A stretch of DNA of 64,000 nucleotides from the human T2T-CHM13v2.0 reference genome, Homo sapiens. Each line of letters begins with the position of its first letter. Positions within the stretch are counted from its first letter, which is position 1. Below, piece by piece: positions 1 through 13,600 of the stretch. The notes beneath the pieces are model-generated. The model did no database searches and was not told the origin of the DNA. It was given only the letters and a program-made list of their open reading frames with translations. A program made the translations under genes and the position numbers. The stretch is from assembly GCF_009914755.1 (NCBI RefSeq), contig NC_060938.1; one strand, 5' to 3'.

Positions 1-21
1 CTAGATTTTATAGGAAGATAT

Positions 22-38
22 TCCCGTTTCCAACGAAA
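22..38 (-). promoter_or_regulatory. CENP-B box 1 of HOR (recurs every 1,364 bp)
   Basis: + strand TCCCGTTTCCAACGAAA = - strand TTTCGTTGGAAACGGGA, matching the CENP-B core NTTCGNNNNANNCGGGN. Confidence 0.97.
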
Positions 39-363
39 TCTTCACAGCTATCCAAATATCCACTTGCAGATTCTACAAAAAGAGTGTATCAAAACTGCTC
101 TGTCAAAAGGAAGGTTCTTCTCTGTTAGGTGAGTGCATACGTCATAAAGGAGTTTCTGAGAATGTTTCTGTCTAGTGGTTATGGGAAGATATTTGCTTTT
201 TCACCGTAGGCCTCAGAGCGCTCCAAATATCCACTTGCACATACTACAAAAAGAGTGCTTCAAAGCTGCTCTCTGAAACGGAATGTTCAACTCTATGAGT
301 TGAATGCAAACATCACAAAGACGTTTCTGAGAATGCTTCTGTCTAGATTTGATATGAAGATAT

Positions 364-380
364 TCCCGTTTCCAACGAAA
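364..380 (-). promoter_or_regulatory. CENP-B box 2 of HOR (recurs every 1,364 bp)
   Basis: Same 17-mer, TCCCGTTTCCAACGAAA, 342 bp after box 1. Confidence 0.97.
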
Positions 381-701
381 TCTTCAAATCTATCCAAATG
401 TCCACTTGCAGATTCAACAAAAAGTGTTTTTCAGAACTGCTCTATCAAAAGAAAGATCCACCTCTGTTAGCTGAGTTCACACATCACAAACAAGTTTATG
501 AGAATGCTTCTGTCTAGTTTTTATTTGAAGATATTTCCTTTCTCACCATAGAGCTGAAAGCTGTCCTAATGTTCACTTCCAGATACTACAGAAAGAGTGT
601 TTCAAAACTGCTGTACGAAAGGGAATGTTCAACTCTGTGACTTGAATGCACACATCACAAAGAAGTTTCTGAGGATGCTGCTGTCTACTTTTTATACGTA
701 A

Positions 702-718
702 TCCCGTTTCCAACGAAA
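702..718 (-). promoter_or_regulatory. CENP-B box 3 of HOR (recurs every 1,364 bp)
   Basis: Same 17-mer, 338 bp after box 2. It is preceded by a divergent flank that is 4 bp shorter (CTACTTTTTATACGTAA). Confidence 0.97.
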
Positions 719-872
719 TCCTCCAAGCTATCCAAATATCCACTTGCAGATTCCACAGAAAGACTGTTTCAAAACTGCTCTGTCAATAGAAAGGTTCAAC
801 TCTGTTAGCTGCATGCATATATCCCAAAGAAGATTCTGAGATTGCTTCTGTCTAGTTTTTATGGGAAGATAT

Positions 873-889
873 TTCCCTTTTCACCGTAG
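873..889 (-). promoter_or_regulatory. pJalpha-type (A-box) motif in A-type monomers; related copies at 193-209, 535-551 and (degenerate) 1215-1231 of each HOR
   Basis: TTCCCTTTTCACCGTAG, TTGCTTTTTCACCGTAG, TTCCTTTCTCACCATAG and TCCCTTTATCACCATGG each lie 171 bp after a CENP-B box, at the homologous monomer position. This matches the known A/B monomer alternation. Confidence 0.75.
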
Positions 890-1043
890 GCGTCAAGGCG
901 CTCCAAATGTCCACTTCCAGATACTACAAAAAGAGTGTTTCAAACCTACTCTGTGAAAGGGAATATTCAACTCTGTGACTTGAATGCACATATCACAAGG
1001 AAGTTTCTGAGAATGCTTCTGTCGAGATTTTATATGAAGATAT

Positions 1044-1060
1044 TCCCGTTTCCAACGAAA
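1044..1060 (-). promoter_or_regulatory. CENP-B box 4 of HOR (recurs every 1,364 bp; 4 x 47 = 188 box positions in the window)
   Basis: Same 17-mer, 342 bp after box 3. The last copy is at 63788-63804. Confidence 0.97.
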
Positions 1061-4000
1061 TCCTGAAATGTATCCAAATATCCCCTTGCAGATTCTACAA
1101 AAAGAGTGTTTCAAAACTGCTCTGTAAAAAGAAAGGTTCAACTCTGTTAGTTGAGTACACACATCACAAACAAGTTTCACACAATGCTTCTTTCTAGCTT
1201 GTAGGGGAAGATATTCCCTTTATCACCATGGTCCTCAAACCGTCCGATAAGTCCACTTCCATATACTACAAAAAGAGCGTTTCAAACCTGCTCTATGAAA
1301 GGCAATGTTCAACTCTGTGACTTGAATGCAGACATCACACAGCAGTTTCTGAGAATGCTTCTGTCTAGATTTTATAGGAAGATATTCCCGTTTCCAACGA
1401 AATCTTCACAGCTATCCAAATATCCACTTGCAGATTCTACAAAAAGAGTGTATCAAAACTGCTCTGTCAAAAGGAAGGTTCTTTTCTGTTAGGTGAGTGC
1501 ATACGTCATAAAGGAGTTTCTGAGAATGTTTCTGTCTAGTGGTTATGGGAAGATATTTGCTTTTTCACCGTAGGCCTCAGAGCGCTCCAAATATCCACTT
1601 GCACATACTACAAAAAGAGTGCCTCAAAGCTGCTCTCTGAAACGGAATGTTCAACTCTATGAGTTGAATGCAAACATCGCAAAGACGTTTCTGAGAATGC
1701 TTCTGTCTAGATTTGATATGAAGATATTCCCGTTTCCAACGAAATGTTCAAATCTATCCAATTGTCCACTTGCAGATTCAACAAAAAGTGTTTTTCAGAA
1801 CTGCTCTATCAAAAGAAAGATCCACCTCTGTTAGCTGAGTTCACACATCACAAACAAGTTTATGAGAATGCTTCTGTCTAGTTTTTATTTGAAGATATTT
1901 CCTTTCTCACCATAGAGCTGAAAGCTGTCCTAATGTTCACTTCCAGATACTACAGAAAGAGTGTTTCAAAACTGCTGTACGAAAGGGAATGTTCAACTCT
2001 GTGACTTGAATGCACACATCACAAAGAAGTTTCTGAGGATGCTGCTGTCTACTTTTTATACGTAATCCCGTTTCCAACGAAATCCTCCAAGCTATCCAAA
2101 TATCCACTTGCAGATTCCACAGAAAGACTGTTTCAAAACTGCTCTGTCAATAGAAAGGTTCAACTCTGTTAGCTGCATGCATATATCCCAAAGAAGATTC
2201 TGAGATTGCTTCTGTCTAGTTTTTATGGGAAGATATTTCCCTTTTCACCGTAGGCGTCAAGGCGCTCCAAATGTCCACTTCCAGATACTACAAAAAGAGT
2301 GTTTCAAACCTACTCTGTGAAAGGGAATATTCAACTCTGTGACTTGAATGCACATATCACAAGGAAGTTTCTGAGAATGCTTCTGTCGAGATTTTATATG
2401 AAGATATTCCCGTTTCCAACGAAATCCTGAAATCTATCCAAATATCCCCTTGCAGATTCTACAAAAAGAGTGTTTCAAAACTGCTCTGTAAAAAGAAAGG
2501 TTCAACTCTGTTAGTTGAGTACACACATCACAAACAAGTTTCACACAATGCTTCTTTCTAGCTTGTAGGGGAAGATATTCCCTTTATCACCATGGGCCTC
2601 AAACCGTCCGATAAGTCCACTTCCATATACTACAAAAAGAGCGTTTCAAACCTGCTCTATGAAAGGCAATGTTCAACTCTGTGACTTGAATGCAGACATC
2701 ACAGAGCAGTTTCTGAGAATGCTTCTGTCTAGATTTTATAGGAAGATATTCCCGTTTCCAACGAAATCTTCACAGCTATCCAAATATCCACTTGCAGATT
2801 CTACAAAAAGAGTGTATCAAAACTGCTCTGTCAAAAGGAAGGTTCTTTTCTGTTAGGTGAGTGCATACGTCATAAAGGAGTTTCTGAGAATGTTTCTGTC
2901 TAGTGGTTATGGGAAGATATTTGCTTTTTCACCGTAGGCCTCAGAGCGCTCCAAATATCCACTTGCACATACTACAAAAAGAGTGCCTCAAAGCTGCTCT
3001 CTGAAACGGAATGTTCAACTCTATGAGTTGAATGCAAACATCGCAAAGACGTTTCTGAGAATGCTTCTGTCTAGATTTGATATGAAGATATTCCCGTTTC
3101 CAACGAAATCTTCAAATCTATCCAAATGTCCACTTGCAGATTCAACAAAAAGTGTTTTTCAGAACTGCTCTATCAAAAGAAAGATCCACCTCTGTTAGCT
3201 GAGTTCACACATCACAAACAAGTTTATGAGAATGCTTCTGTCTAGTTTTTATTTGAAGATATTTCCTTTCTCACCATAGAGCTGAAAGCTGTCCTAATGT
3301 TCACTTCCAGATACTACAGAAAGAGTGTTTCAAAACTGCTGTACGAAAGGGAATGTTCAACTCTGTGACTTGAATGCACACATCACAAAGAAGTTTCTGA
3401 GGATGCTGCTGTCTACTTTTTATACGTAATCCCGTTTCCAACGAAATCCTCCAAGCTATCCAAATATCCACTTGCAGATTCCACAGAAAGACTGTTTCAA
3501 AACTGCTCTGTCAATAGAAAGGTTCAACTCTGTTAGCTGCGTGCATATATCCCAAAGAAGATTCTGAGATTGCTTCTGTCTAGTTTTTATGGGAAGATAT
3601 TTCCCTTTTCACCGTAGGCGTCAAGGCGCTCCAAATGTCCACTTCCAGATACTACAAAAAGAGTGTTTCAAACCTACTCTGTGAAAGGGAATATTCAACT
3701 CTGTGACTTGAATGCACATATCACAAGGAAGTTTCTGAGAATGCTTCTGTCGAGATTTTATATGAAGATATTCCCGTTTCCAACGAAATCCTGAAATGTT
3801 TCCAAATATCCCCTTGCAGATTCTACAAAAAGAGTGTTTCAAAACTGCTCTGTAAAAAGAAAGGTTCAACTCTGTTAGTTGAGTACACACGTCACAAACA
3901 AGTTTCACACAATACTTCTTTCTAGCTTGTAGGGGAAGATATTCCCTTTATCACCATGGGCCTCAAACCGTCCGATAAGTCCACTTCCATATACTACAAA

Positions 4001-7000
4001 AAGAGCGTTTCAAACCTGCTCTATGAAAGGCAATGTTCAACTCTGTGACTTGAATGCAGACATCACAGAGCAGTTTCTGAGAATGCTTCTGTCTAGATTT
4101 TATAGGAAGATATTCCCGTTTCCAACGAAATCTTCACAGCTATCCAAATATCCACTTGCAGATTCTACAAAAAGAGTGTATCAAAACTGCTCTGTCAAAA
4201 GGAAGGTTCTTTTCTGTTAGGTGAGTGCATACGTCATAAAGGAGTTTCTGAGAATGTTTCTGTCTAGTGGTTATGGGAAGATATTTGCTTTTTCACCGTA
4301 GGCCTCAGAGCGCTCCAAATATCCACTTGCACATACTACAAAAAGAGTGCCTCAAAGCTGCTCTCTGAAACGGAATGTTCAACTCTATGAGTTGAATGCA
4401 AACATCGCAAAGACGTTTCTGAGAATGCTTCTGTCTAGATTTGATATGAAGATATTCCCGTTTCCAACGAAATCTTCAAATCTATCCAAATGTCCACTTG
4501 CAGATTCAACAAAAAGTGTTTTTCAGAACTGCTCTATCAAAAGAAAGATCCACCTCTGTTAGCTGAGTTCACACATCACAAACAAGTTTATGAGAATGCT
4601 TCTGTCTAGTTTTTATTTGAAGATATTTCCTTTCTCACCATAGAGCTGAAAGCTGTCCTAATGTTCACTTCCAGATACTACAGAAAGAGTGTTTCAAAAC
4701 TGCTGTACGAAAGGGAATGTTCAACTATGTGACTTGAATGCACACATCACAAAGAAGTTTCTGAGGATGCTGCTGTCTACTTTTTATACGTAATCCCGTT
4801 TCCAACGAAATCCTCCAAGCTATCCAAATATCCACTTGCAGATTCCACAGAAAGACTGTTTCAAAACTGCTCTGTCAATAGAAAGGTTCAACTCTGTTAG
4901 CTGCGTGCATATATCCCAAAGAAGATTCTGAGATTGCTTCTGTCTAGTTTTTATGGGAAGATATTTCCCTTTTCACCGTAGGCGTCAAGGCGCTCCAAAT
5001 GTCCACTTCCAGATACTACAAAAAGAGTGTTTCAAACCTACTCTGTGAAAGGGAATATTCAACTCTGTGACTTGAATGCACATATCACAAAGAAGTTTCT
5101 GAGAATGCTTCTGTCGAGATTTTATATGAAGATATTCCCGTTTCCAACGAAATGCTGAAATCTATCCAAATATCCCCTCGCAGATTCTACAAAAAGAGTG
5201 TTTCAAAACTGCTCTGTGAAAAGAAAGGTTCAACTCTGTTAGTTGAGTACACACATCACAAACAAGTTTCACAGAATGCTTCTTTCTAGCTTGTAGGGGA
5301 AGATATTCCCTTTATCACCATGGGCCTCCAACCGTCCGAAACATCCACTTCCATATACTACAAAAAGAGCGTTTCAAACCTGCTCTATGAAAGGCAATGT
5401 TCAACTCTGTGACTTGAATGCAGACATCACAGAGCAGTTTCTGAGAATGCTTCTGTCTAGATTTTATAGGAAGATATTCCCGTTTCCAACGAAATCTTCA
5501 CAGCTATCCAAATATCCACTTGCAGATTCTACAAAAAGAGTGTATCAAAACTGCTCTGTCAAAAGGAAGGTTCTTCTCTGTTAGGTGAGTGCATACGTCA
5601 TAAAGGAGTTTCTGAGAATGTTTCTGTCTAGTGGTTATGGGAAGATATTTGCTTTTTCACCGTAGGCCTCAGAGCGCTCCAAATATCCACTTGCACATAC
5701 TACAAAAAGAGTGCTTCAAAGCTGCTCTCTGAAACGGAATGTTCAACTCTATGAGTTGAATGCAAACATCACAAAGACGTTTCTGAGAATGCTTCTGTCT
5801 AGATTTGATATGAAGATATTCCCGTTTCCAACGAAATCTTCAAATCTATCCAAATGTCCACTTGCAGATTCAACAAAAAGTGTTTTTCAGAACTGCTCTA
5901 TCAAAAGAAAGATCCACCTCTGTTAGCTGAGTTCACACATCACAAACAAGTTTATGAGAATGCTTCTGTCTAGTTTTTATTTGAAGATATTTCCTTTCTC
6001 ACCATAGAGCTGAAAGCTGTCCTAATGTTCACTTCCAGATACTACAGAAAGAGTGTTTCAAAACTGCTGTACGAAAGGGAATGTTCAACTCTGTGACTTG
6101 AATGCACACATCACAAAGAAGTTTCTGAGGATGCTGCTGTCTACTTTTTATACGTAATCCCGTTTCCAACGAAATCCTCCAAGCTATCCAAATATCCACT
6201 TGCAGATTCCACAGAAAGACTGTTTCAAAACTGCTCTGTCAATAGAAAGGTTCAACTCTGTTAGCTGCATGCATATATCCCAAAGAAGATTCTGAGATTG
6301 CTTCTGTCTAGTTTTTATGGGAAGATATTTCCCTTTTCACCGTAGGCGTCAAGGCGCTCCAAATGTCCACTTCCAGATACTACAAAAAGAGTGTTTCAAA
6401 CCTACTCTGTGAAAGGGAATATTCAACTCTGTGACTTGAATGCACATATCACAAGGAAGTTTCTGAGAATGCTTCTGTCGAGATTTTATATGAAGATATT
6501 CCCGTTTCCAACGAAATCCTGAAATGTATCCAAATATCCCCTTGCAGATTCTACAAAAAGAGTGTTTCAAAACTGCTCTGTAAAAAGAAAGGTTCAACTC
6601 TGTTAGTTGAGTACACACATCACAAACAAGTTTCACACAATGCTTCTTTCTAGCTTGTAGGGGAAGATATTCCCTTTATCACCATGGTCCTCAAACCGTC
6701 CGATAAGTCCACTTCCATATACTACAAAAAGAGCGTTTCAAACCTGCTCTATGAAAGGCAATGTTCAACTCTGTGACTTGAATGCAGACATCACACAGCA
6801 GTTTCTGAGAATGCTTCTGTCTAGATTTTATAGGAAGATATTCCCGTTTCCAACGAAATCTTCACAGCTATCCAAATATCCACTTGCAGATTCTACAAAA
6901 AGAGTGTATCAAAACTGCTCTGTCAAAAGGAAGGTTCTTTTCTGTTAGGTGAGTGCATACGTCATAAAGGAGTTTCTGAGAATGTTTCTGTCTAGTGGTT

Positions 7001-7625
7001 ATGGGAAGATATTTGCTTTTTCACCGTAGGCCTCAGAGCGCTCCAAATATCCACTTGCACATACTACAAAAAGAGTGCCTCAAAGCTGCTCTCTGAAACG
7101 GAATGTTCAACTCTATGAGTTGAATGCAAACATCGCAAAGACGTTTCTGAGAATGCTTCTGTCTAGATTTGATATGAAGATATTCCCGTTTCCAACGAAA
7201 TGTTCAAATCTATCCAATTGTCCACTTGCAGATTCAACAAAAAGTGTTTTTCAGAACTGCTCTATCAAAAGAAAGATCCACCTCTGTTAGCTGAGTTCAC
7301 ACATCACAAACAAGTTTATGAGAATGCTTCTGTCTAGTTTTTATTTGAAGATATTTCCTTTCTCACCATAGAGCTGAAAGCTGTCCTAATGTTCACTTCC
7401 AGATACTACAGAAAGAGTGTTTCAAAACTGCTGTACGAAAGGGAATGTTCAACTCTGTGACTTGAATGCACACATCACAAAGAAGTTTCTGAGGATGCTG
7501 CTGTCTACTTTTTATACGTAATCCCGTTTCCAACGAAATCCTCCAAGCTATCCAAATATCCACTTGCAGATTCCACAGAAAGACTGTTTCAAAACTGCTC
7601 TGTCAATAGAAAGGTTCAACTCTGC

Positions 7626-10600
7626 TAGCTGCGTGCATATATCCCAAAGAAGATTCTGAGATTGCTTCTGTCTAGTTTTTATGGGAAGATATTTCCCTTT
7701 TCACCGTAGGCGTCAAGGCGCTCCAAATGTCCACTTCCAGATACTACAAAAAGAGTGTTTCAAACCTACTCTGTGAAAGGGAATATTCAACTCTGTGACT
7801 TGAATGCACATATCACAAAGAAGTTTCTGAGAATGCTTCTGTCGAGATTTTATATGAAGATATTCCCGTTTCCAACGAAATGCTGAAATCTATCCAAATA
7901 TCCCCTCGCAGATTCTACAAAAAGAGTGTTTCAAAACTGCTCTGTGAAAAGAAAGGTTCAACTCTGTTAGTTGAGTACACACATCACAAACAAGTTTCAC
8001 AGAATGCTTCTTTCTAGCTTGTAGGGGAAGATATTCCCTTTATCACCATGGGCCTCCAACCGTCCGAAACATCCACTTCCATATACTACAAAAAGAGCGT
8101 TTCAAACCTGCTCTATGAAAGGCAATGTTCAACTCTGTGACTTGAATGCAGACATCACAGAGCAGTTTCTGAGAATGCTTCTGTCTAGATTTTATAGGAA
8201 GATATTCCCGTTTCCAACGAAATCTTCACAGCTATCCAAATATCCACTTGCAGATTCTACAAAAAGAGTGTATCAAAACTGCTCTGTCAAAAGGAAGGTT
8301 CTTCTCTGTTAGGTGAGTGCATACGTCATAAAGGAGTTTCTGAGAATGTTTCTGTCTAGTGGTTATGGGAAGATATTTGCTTTTTCACCGTAGGCCTCAG
8401 AGCGCTCCAAATATCCACTTGCACATACTACAAAAAGAGTGCTTCAAAGCTGCTCTCTGAAACGGAATGTTCAACTCTATGAGTTGAATGCAAACATCAC
8501 AAAGACGTTTCTGAGAATGCTTCTGTCTAGATTTGATATGAAGATATTCCCGTTTCCAACGAAATCTTCAAATCTATCCAAATGTCCACTTGCAGATTCA
8601 ACAAAAAGTGTTTTTCAGAACTGCTCTATCAAAAGAAAGATCCACCTCTGTTAGCTGAGTTCACACATCACAAACAAGTTTATGAGAATGCTTCTGTCTA
8701 GTTTTTATTTGAAGATATTTCCTTTCTCACCATAGAGCTGAAAGCTGTCCTAATGTTCACTTCCAGATACTACAGAAAGAGTGTTTCAAAACTGCTGTAC
8801 GAAAGGGAATGTTCAACTCTGTGACTTGAATGCACACATCACAAAGAAGTTTCTGAGGATGCTGCTGTCTACTTTTTATACGTAATCCCGTTTCCAACGA
8901 AATCCTCCAAGCTATCCAAATATCCACTTGCAGATTCCACAGAAAGACTGTTTCAAAACTGCTCTGTCAATAGAAAGGTTCAACTCTGTTAGCTGCATGC
9001 ATATATCCCAAAGAAGATTCTGAGATTGCTTCTGTCTAGTTTTTATGGGAAGATATTTCCCTTTTCACCGTAGGCGTCAAGGCGCTCCAAATGTCCACTT
9101 CCAGATACTACAAAAAGAGTGTTTCAAACCTACTCTGTGAAAGGGAATATTCAACTCTGTGACTTGAATGCACATATCACAAGGAAGTTTCTGAGAATGC
9201 TTCTGTCGAGATTTTATATGAAGATATTCCCGTTTCCAACGAAATCCTGAAATGTATCCAAATATCCCCTTGCAGATTCTACAAAAAGAGTGTTTCAAAA
9301 CTGCTCTGTAAAAAGAAAGGTTCAACTCTGTTAGTTGAGTACACACATCACAAACAAGTTTCACACAATGCTTCTTTCTAGCTTGTAGGGGAAGATATTC
9401 CCTTTATCACCATGGGCCTCAAACCGTCCGATAAGTCCACTTCCATATACTACAAAAAGAGCGTTTCAAACCTGCTCTATGAAAGGCAATGTTCAACTCT
9501 GTGACTTGAATGCAGACATCACAGAGCAGTTTCTGAGAATGCTTCTGTCTAGATTTTATAGGAAGATATTCCCGTTTCCAACGAAATCTTCACAGCTATC
9601 CAAATATCCACTTGCAGATTCTACAAAAAGAGTGTATCAAAACTGCTCTGTCAAAAGGAAGGTTCTTTTCTGTTAGGTGAGTGCATACGTCATAAAGGAG
9701 TTTCTGAGAATGTTTCTGTCTAGTGGTTATGGGAAGATATTTGCTTTTTCACCGTAGGCCTCAGAGCGCTCCAAATATCCACTTGCACATACTACAAAAA
9801 GAGTGCCTCAAAGCTGCTCTCTGAAACGGAATGTTCAACTCTATGAGTTGAATGCAAACATCGCAAAGACGTTTCTGAGAATGCTTCTGTCTAGATTTGA
9901 TATGAAGATATTCCCGTTTCCAACGAAATCTTCAAATCTATCCAAATGTCCACTTGCAGATTCAACAAAAAGTGTTTTTCAGAACTGCTCTATCAAAAGA
10001 AAGATCCACCTCTGTTAGCTGAGTTCACACATCACAAACAAGTTTATGAGAATGCTTCTGTCTAGTTTTTATTTGAAGATATTTCCTTTCTCACCATAGA
10101 GCTGAAAGCTGTCCTAATGTTCACTTCCAGATACTACAGAAAGAGTGTTTCAAAACTGCTGTACGAAAGGGAATGTTCAACTCTGTGACTTGAATGCACA
10201 CATCACAAAGAAGTTTCTGAGGATGCTGCTGTCTACTTTTTATACGTAATCCCGTTTCCAACGAAATCCTCCAAGCTATCCAAATATCCACTTGCAGATT
10301 CCACAGAAAGACTGTTTCAAAACTGCTCTGTCAATAGAAAGGTTCAACTCTGTTAGCTGCGTGCATATATCCCAAAGAAGATTCTGAGATTGCTTCTGTC
10401 TAGTTTTTATGGGAAGATATTTCCCTTTTCACCGTAGGCGTCAAGGCGCTCCAAATGTCCACTTCCAGATACTACAAAAAGAGTGTTTCAAACCTACTCT
10501 GTGAAAGGGAATATTCAACTCTGTGACTTGAATGCACATATCACAAAGAAGTTTCTGAGAATGCTTCTGTCGAGATTTTATATGAAGATATTCCCGTTTC

Positions 10601-13600
10601 CAACGAAATGCTGAAATCTATCCAAATATCCCCTCGCAGATTCTACAAAAAGAGTGTTTCAAAACTGCTCTGTGAAAAGAAAGGTTCAACTCTGTTAGTT
10701 GAGTACACACATCACAAACAAGTTTCACAGAATGCTTCTTTCTAGCTTGTAGGGGAAGATATTCCCTTTATCACCATGGGCCTCCAACCGTCCGAAACAT
10801 CCACTTCCATATACTACAAAAAGAGCGTTTCAAACCTGCTCTATGAAAGGCAATGTTCAACTCTGTGACTTGAATGCAGACATCACAGAGCAGTTTCTGA
10901 GAATGCTTCTGTCTAGATTTTATAGGAAGATATTCCCGTTTCCAACGAAATCTTCACAGCTATCCAAATATCCACTTGCAGATTCTACAAAAAGAGTGTA
11001 TCAAAACTGCTCTGTCAAAAGGAAGGTTCTTCTCTGTTAGGTGAGTGCATACGTCATAAAGGAGTTTCTGAGAATGTTTCTGTCTAGTGGTTATGGGAAG
11101 ATATTTGCTTTTTCACCGTAGGCCTCAGAGCGCTCCAAATATCCACTTGCACATACTACAAAAAGAGTGCTTCAAAGCTGCTCTCTGAAACGGAATGTTC
11201 AACTCTATGAGTTGAATGCAAACATCACAAAGACGTTTCTGAGAATGCTTCTGTCTAGATTTGATATGAAGATATTCCCGTTTCCAACGAAATCTTCAAA
11301 TCTATCCAAATGTCCACTTGCAGATTCAACAAAAAGTGTTTTTCAGAACTGCTCTATCAAAAGAAAGATCCACCTCTGTTAGCTGAGTTCACACATCACA
11401 AACAAGTTTATGAGAATGCTTCTGTCTAGTTTTTATTTGAAGATATTTCCTTTCTCACCATAGAGCTGAAAGCTGTCCTAATGTTCACTTCCAGATACTA
11501 CAGAAAGAGTGTTTCAAAACTGCTGTACGAAAGGGAATGTTCAACTCTGTGACTTGAATGCACACATCACAAAGAAGTTTCTGAGGATGCTGCTGTCTAC
11601 TTTTTATACGTAATCCCGTTTCCAACGAAATCCTCCAAGCTATCCAAATATCCACTTGCAGATTCCACAGAAAGACTGTTTCAAAACTGCTCTGTCAATA
11701 GAAAGGTTCAACTCTGCTAGCTGCGTGCATATATCCCAAAGAAGATTCTGAGATTGCTTCTGTCTAGTTTTTATGGGAAGATATTTCCCTTTTCACCGTA
11801 GGCGTCAAGGCGCTCCAAATGTCCACTTCCAGATACTACAAAAAGAGTGTTTCAAACCTACTCTGTGAAAGGGAATATTCAACTCTGTGACTTGAATGCA
11901 CATATCACAAAGAAGTTTCTGAGAATGCTTCTGTCGAGATTTTATATGAAGATATTCCCGTTTCCAACGAAATGCTGAAATCTATCCAAATATCCCCTCG
12001 CAGATTCTACAAAAAGAGTGTTTCAAAACTGCTCTGTGAAAAGAAAGGTTCAACTCTGTTAGTTGAGTACACACATCACAAACAAGTTTCACAGAATGCT
12101 TCTTTCTAGCTTGTAGGGGAAGATATTCCCTTTATCACCATGGGCCTCCAACCGTCCGAAACATCCACTTCCATATACTACAAAAAGAGCGTTTCAAACC
12201 TGCTCTATGAAAGGCAATGTTCAACTCTGTGACTTGAATGCAGACATCACAGAGCAGTTTCTGAGAATGCTTCTGTCTAGATTTTATAGGAAGATATTCC
12301 CGTTTCCAACGAAATCTTCACAGCTATCCAAATATCCACTTGCAGATTCTACAAAAAGAGTGTATCAAAACTGCTCTGTCAAAAGGAAGGTTCTTCTCTG
12401 TTAGGTGAGTGCATACGTCATAAAGGAGTTTATGAGAATGTTTCTGTCTAGTGGTTATGGGAAGATATTTGCTTTTTCACCGTAGGCCTCAGAGCGCTCC
12501 AAATATCCACTTGCACATACTACAAAAAGAGTGCTTCAAAGCTGCTCTCTGAAACGGAATGTTCAACTCTATGAGTTGAATGCAAACATCACAAAGACGT
12601 TTCTGAGAATGCTTCTGTCTAGATTTGATATGAAGATATTCCCGTTTCCAACGAAATCTTCAAATCTATCCAAATGTCCACTTGCAGATTCAACAAAAAG
12701 TGTTTTTCAGAACTGCTCTATCAAAAGAAAGATCCACCTCTGTTAGCTGAGTTCACACATCACAAACAAGTTTATGAGAATGCTTCTGTCTAGTTTTTAT
12801 TTGAAGATATTTCCTTTCTCACCATAGAGCTGAAAGCTGTCCTAATGTTCACTTCCAGATACTACAGAAAGAGTGTTTCAAAACTGCTGTACGAAAGGGA
12901 ATGTTCAACTCTGTGACTTGAATGCACACATCACAAAGAAGTTTCTGAGGATGCTGCTGTCTACTTTTTATACGTAATCCCGTTTCCAACGAAATCCTCC
13001 AAGCTATCCAAATATCCACTTGCAGATTCCACAGAAAGACTGTTTCAAAACTGCTCTGTCAATAGAAAGGTTCAACTCTGTTAGCTGCGTGCATATATCC
13101 CAAAGAAGATTCTGAGATTGCTTCTGTCTAGTTTTTATGGGAAGATATTTCCCTTTTCACCGTAGGCGTCAAGGCGCTCCAAATGTCCACTTCCAGATAC
13201 TACAAAAAGAGTGTTTCAAACCTACTCTGTGAAAGGGAATATTCAACTCTGTGACTTGAATGCACATATCACAAGGAAGTTTCTGAGAATGCTTCTGTCG
13301 AGATTTTATATGAAGATATTCCCGTTTCCAACGAAATCCTGAAATGTATCCAAATATCCCCTTGCAGATTCTACAAAAAGAGTGTTTCAAAACTGCTCTG
13401 TAAAAAGAAAGGTTCAACTCTGTTAGTTGAGTACACACATCACAAACAAGTTTCACACAATGCTTCTTTCTAGCTTGTAGGGGAAGATATTCCCTTTATC
13501 ACCATGGGCCTCAAACCGTCCGATAAGTCCACTTCCATATACTACAAAAAGAGCGTTTCAAACCTGCTCTATGAAAGGCAATGTTCAACTCTGTGACTTG

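Larger units (their letters stand above)
1..1364. repeat. Representative 8-mer HOR unit (4 dimers: 342+338+342+342 bp); probable chr14/chr22 D14Z9/D22Z1 family, SF2
   Basis: Seen: CENP-B boxes at 22, 364, 702, 1044 and 1386; XbaI TCTAGA at 342 and 1364; a single TaqI TCGA at 1022, giving a 680-bp XbaI-TaqI fragment and a 1,364-bp TaqI period. Recalled, not searched: the chr14/22 alphoid subfamily is an ~1.36-kb 8-mer originally described from an 'alpha-XT 680' fragment. chr14 and chr22 cannot be distinguished by eye. Confidence 0.8.
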
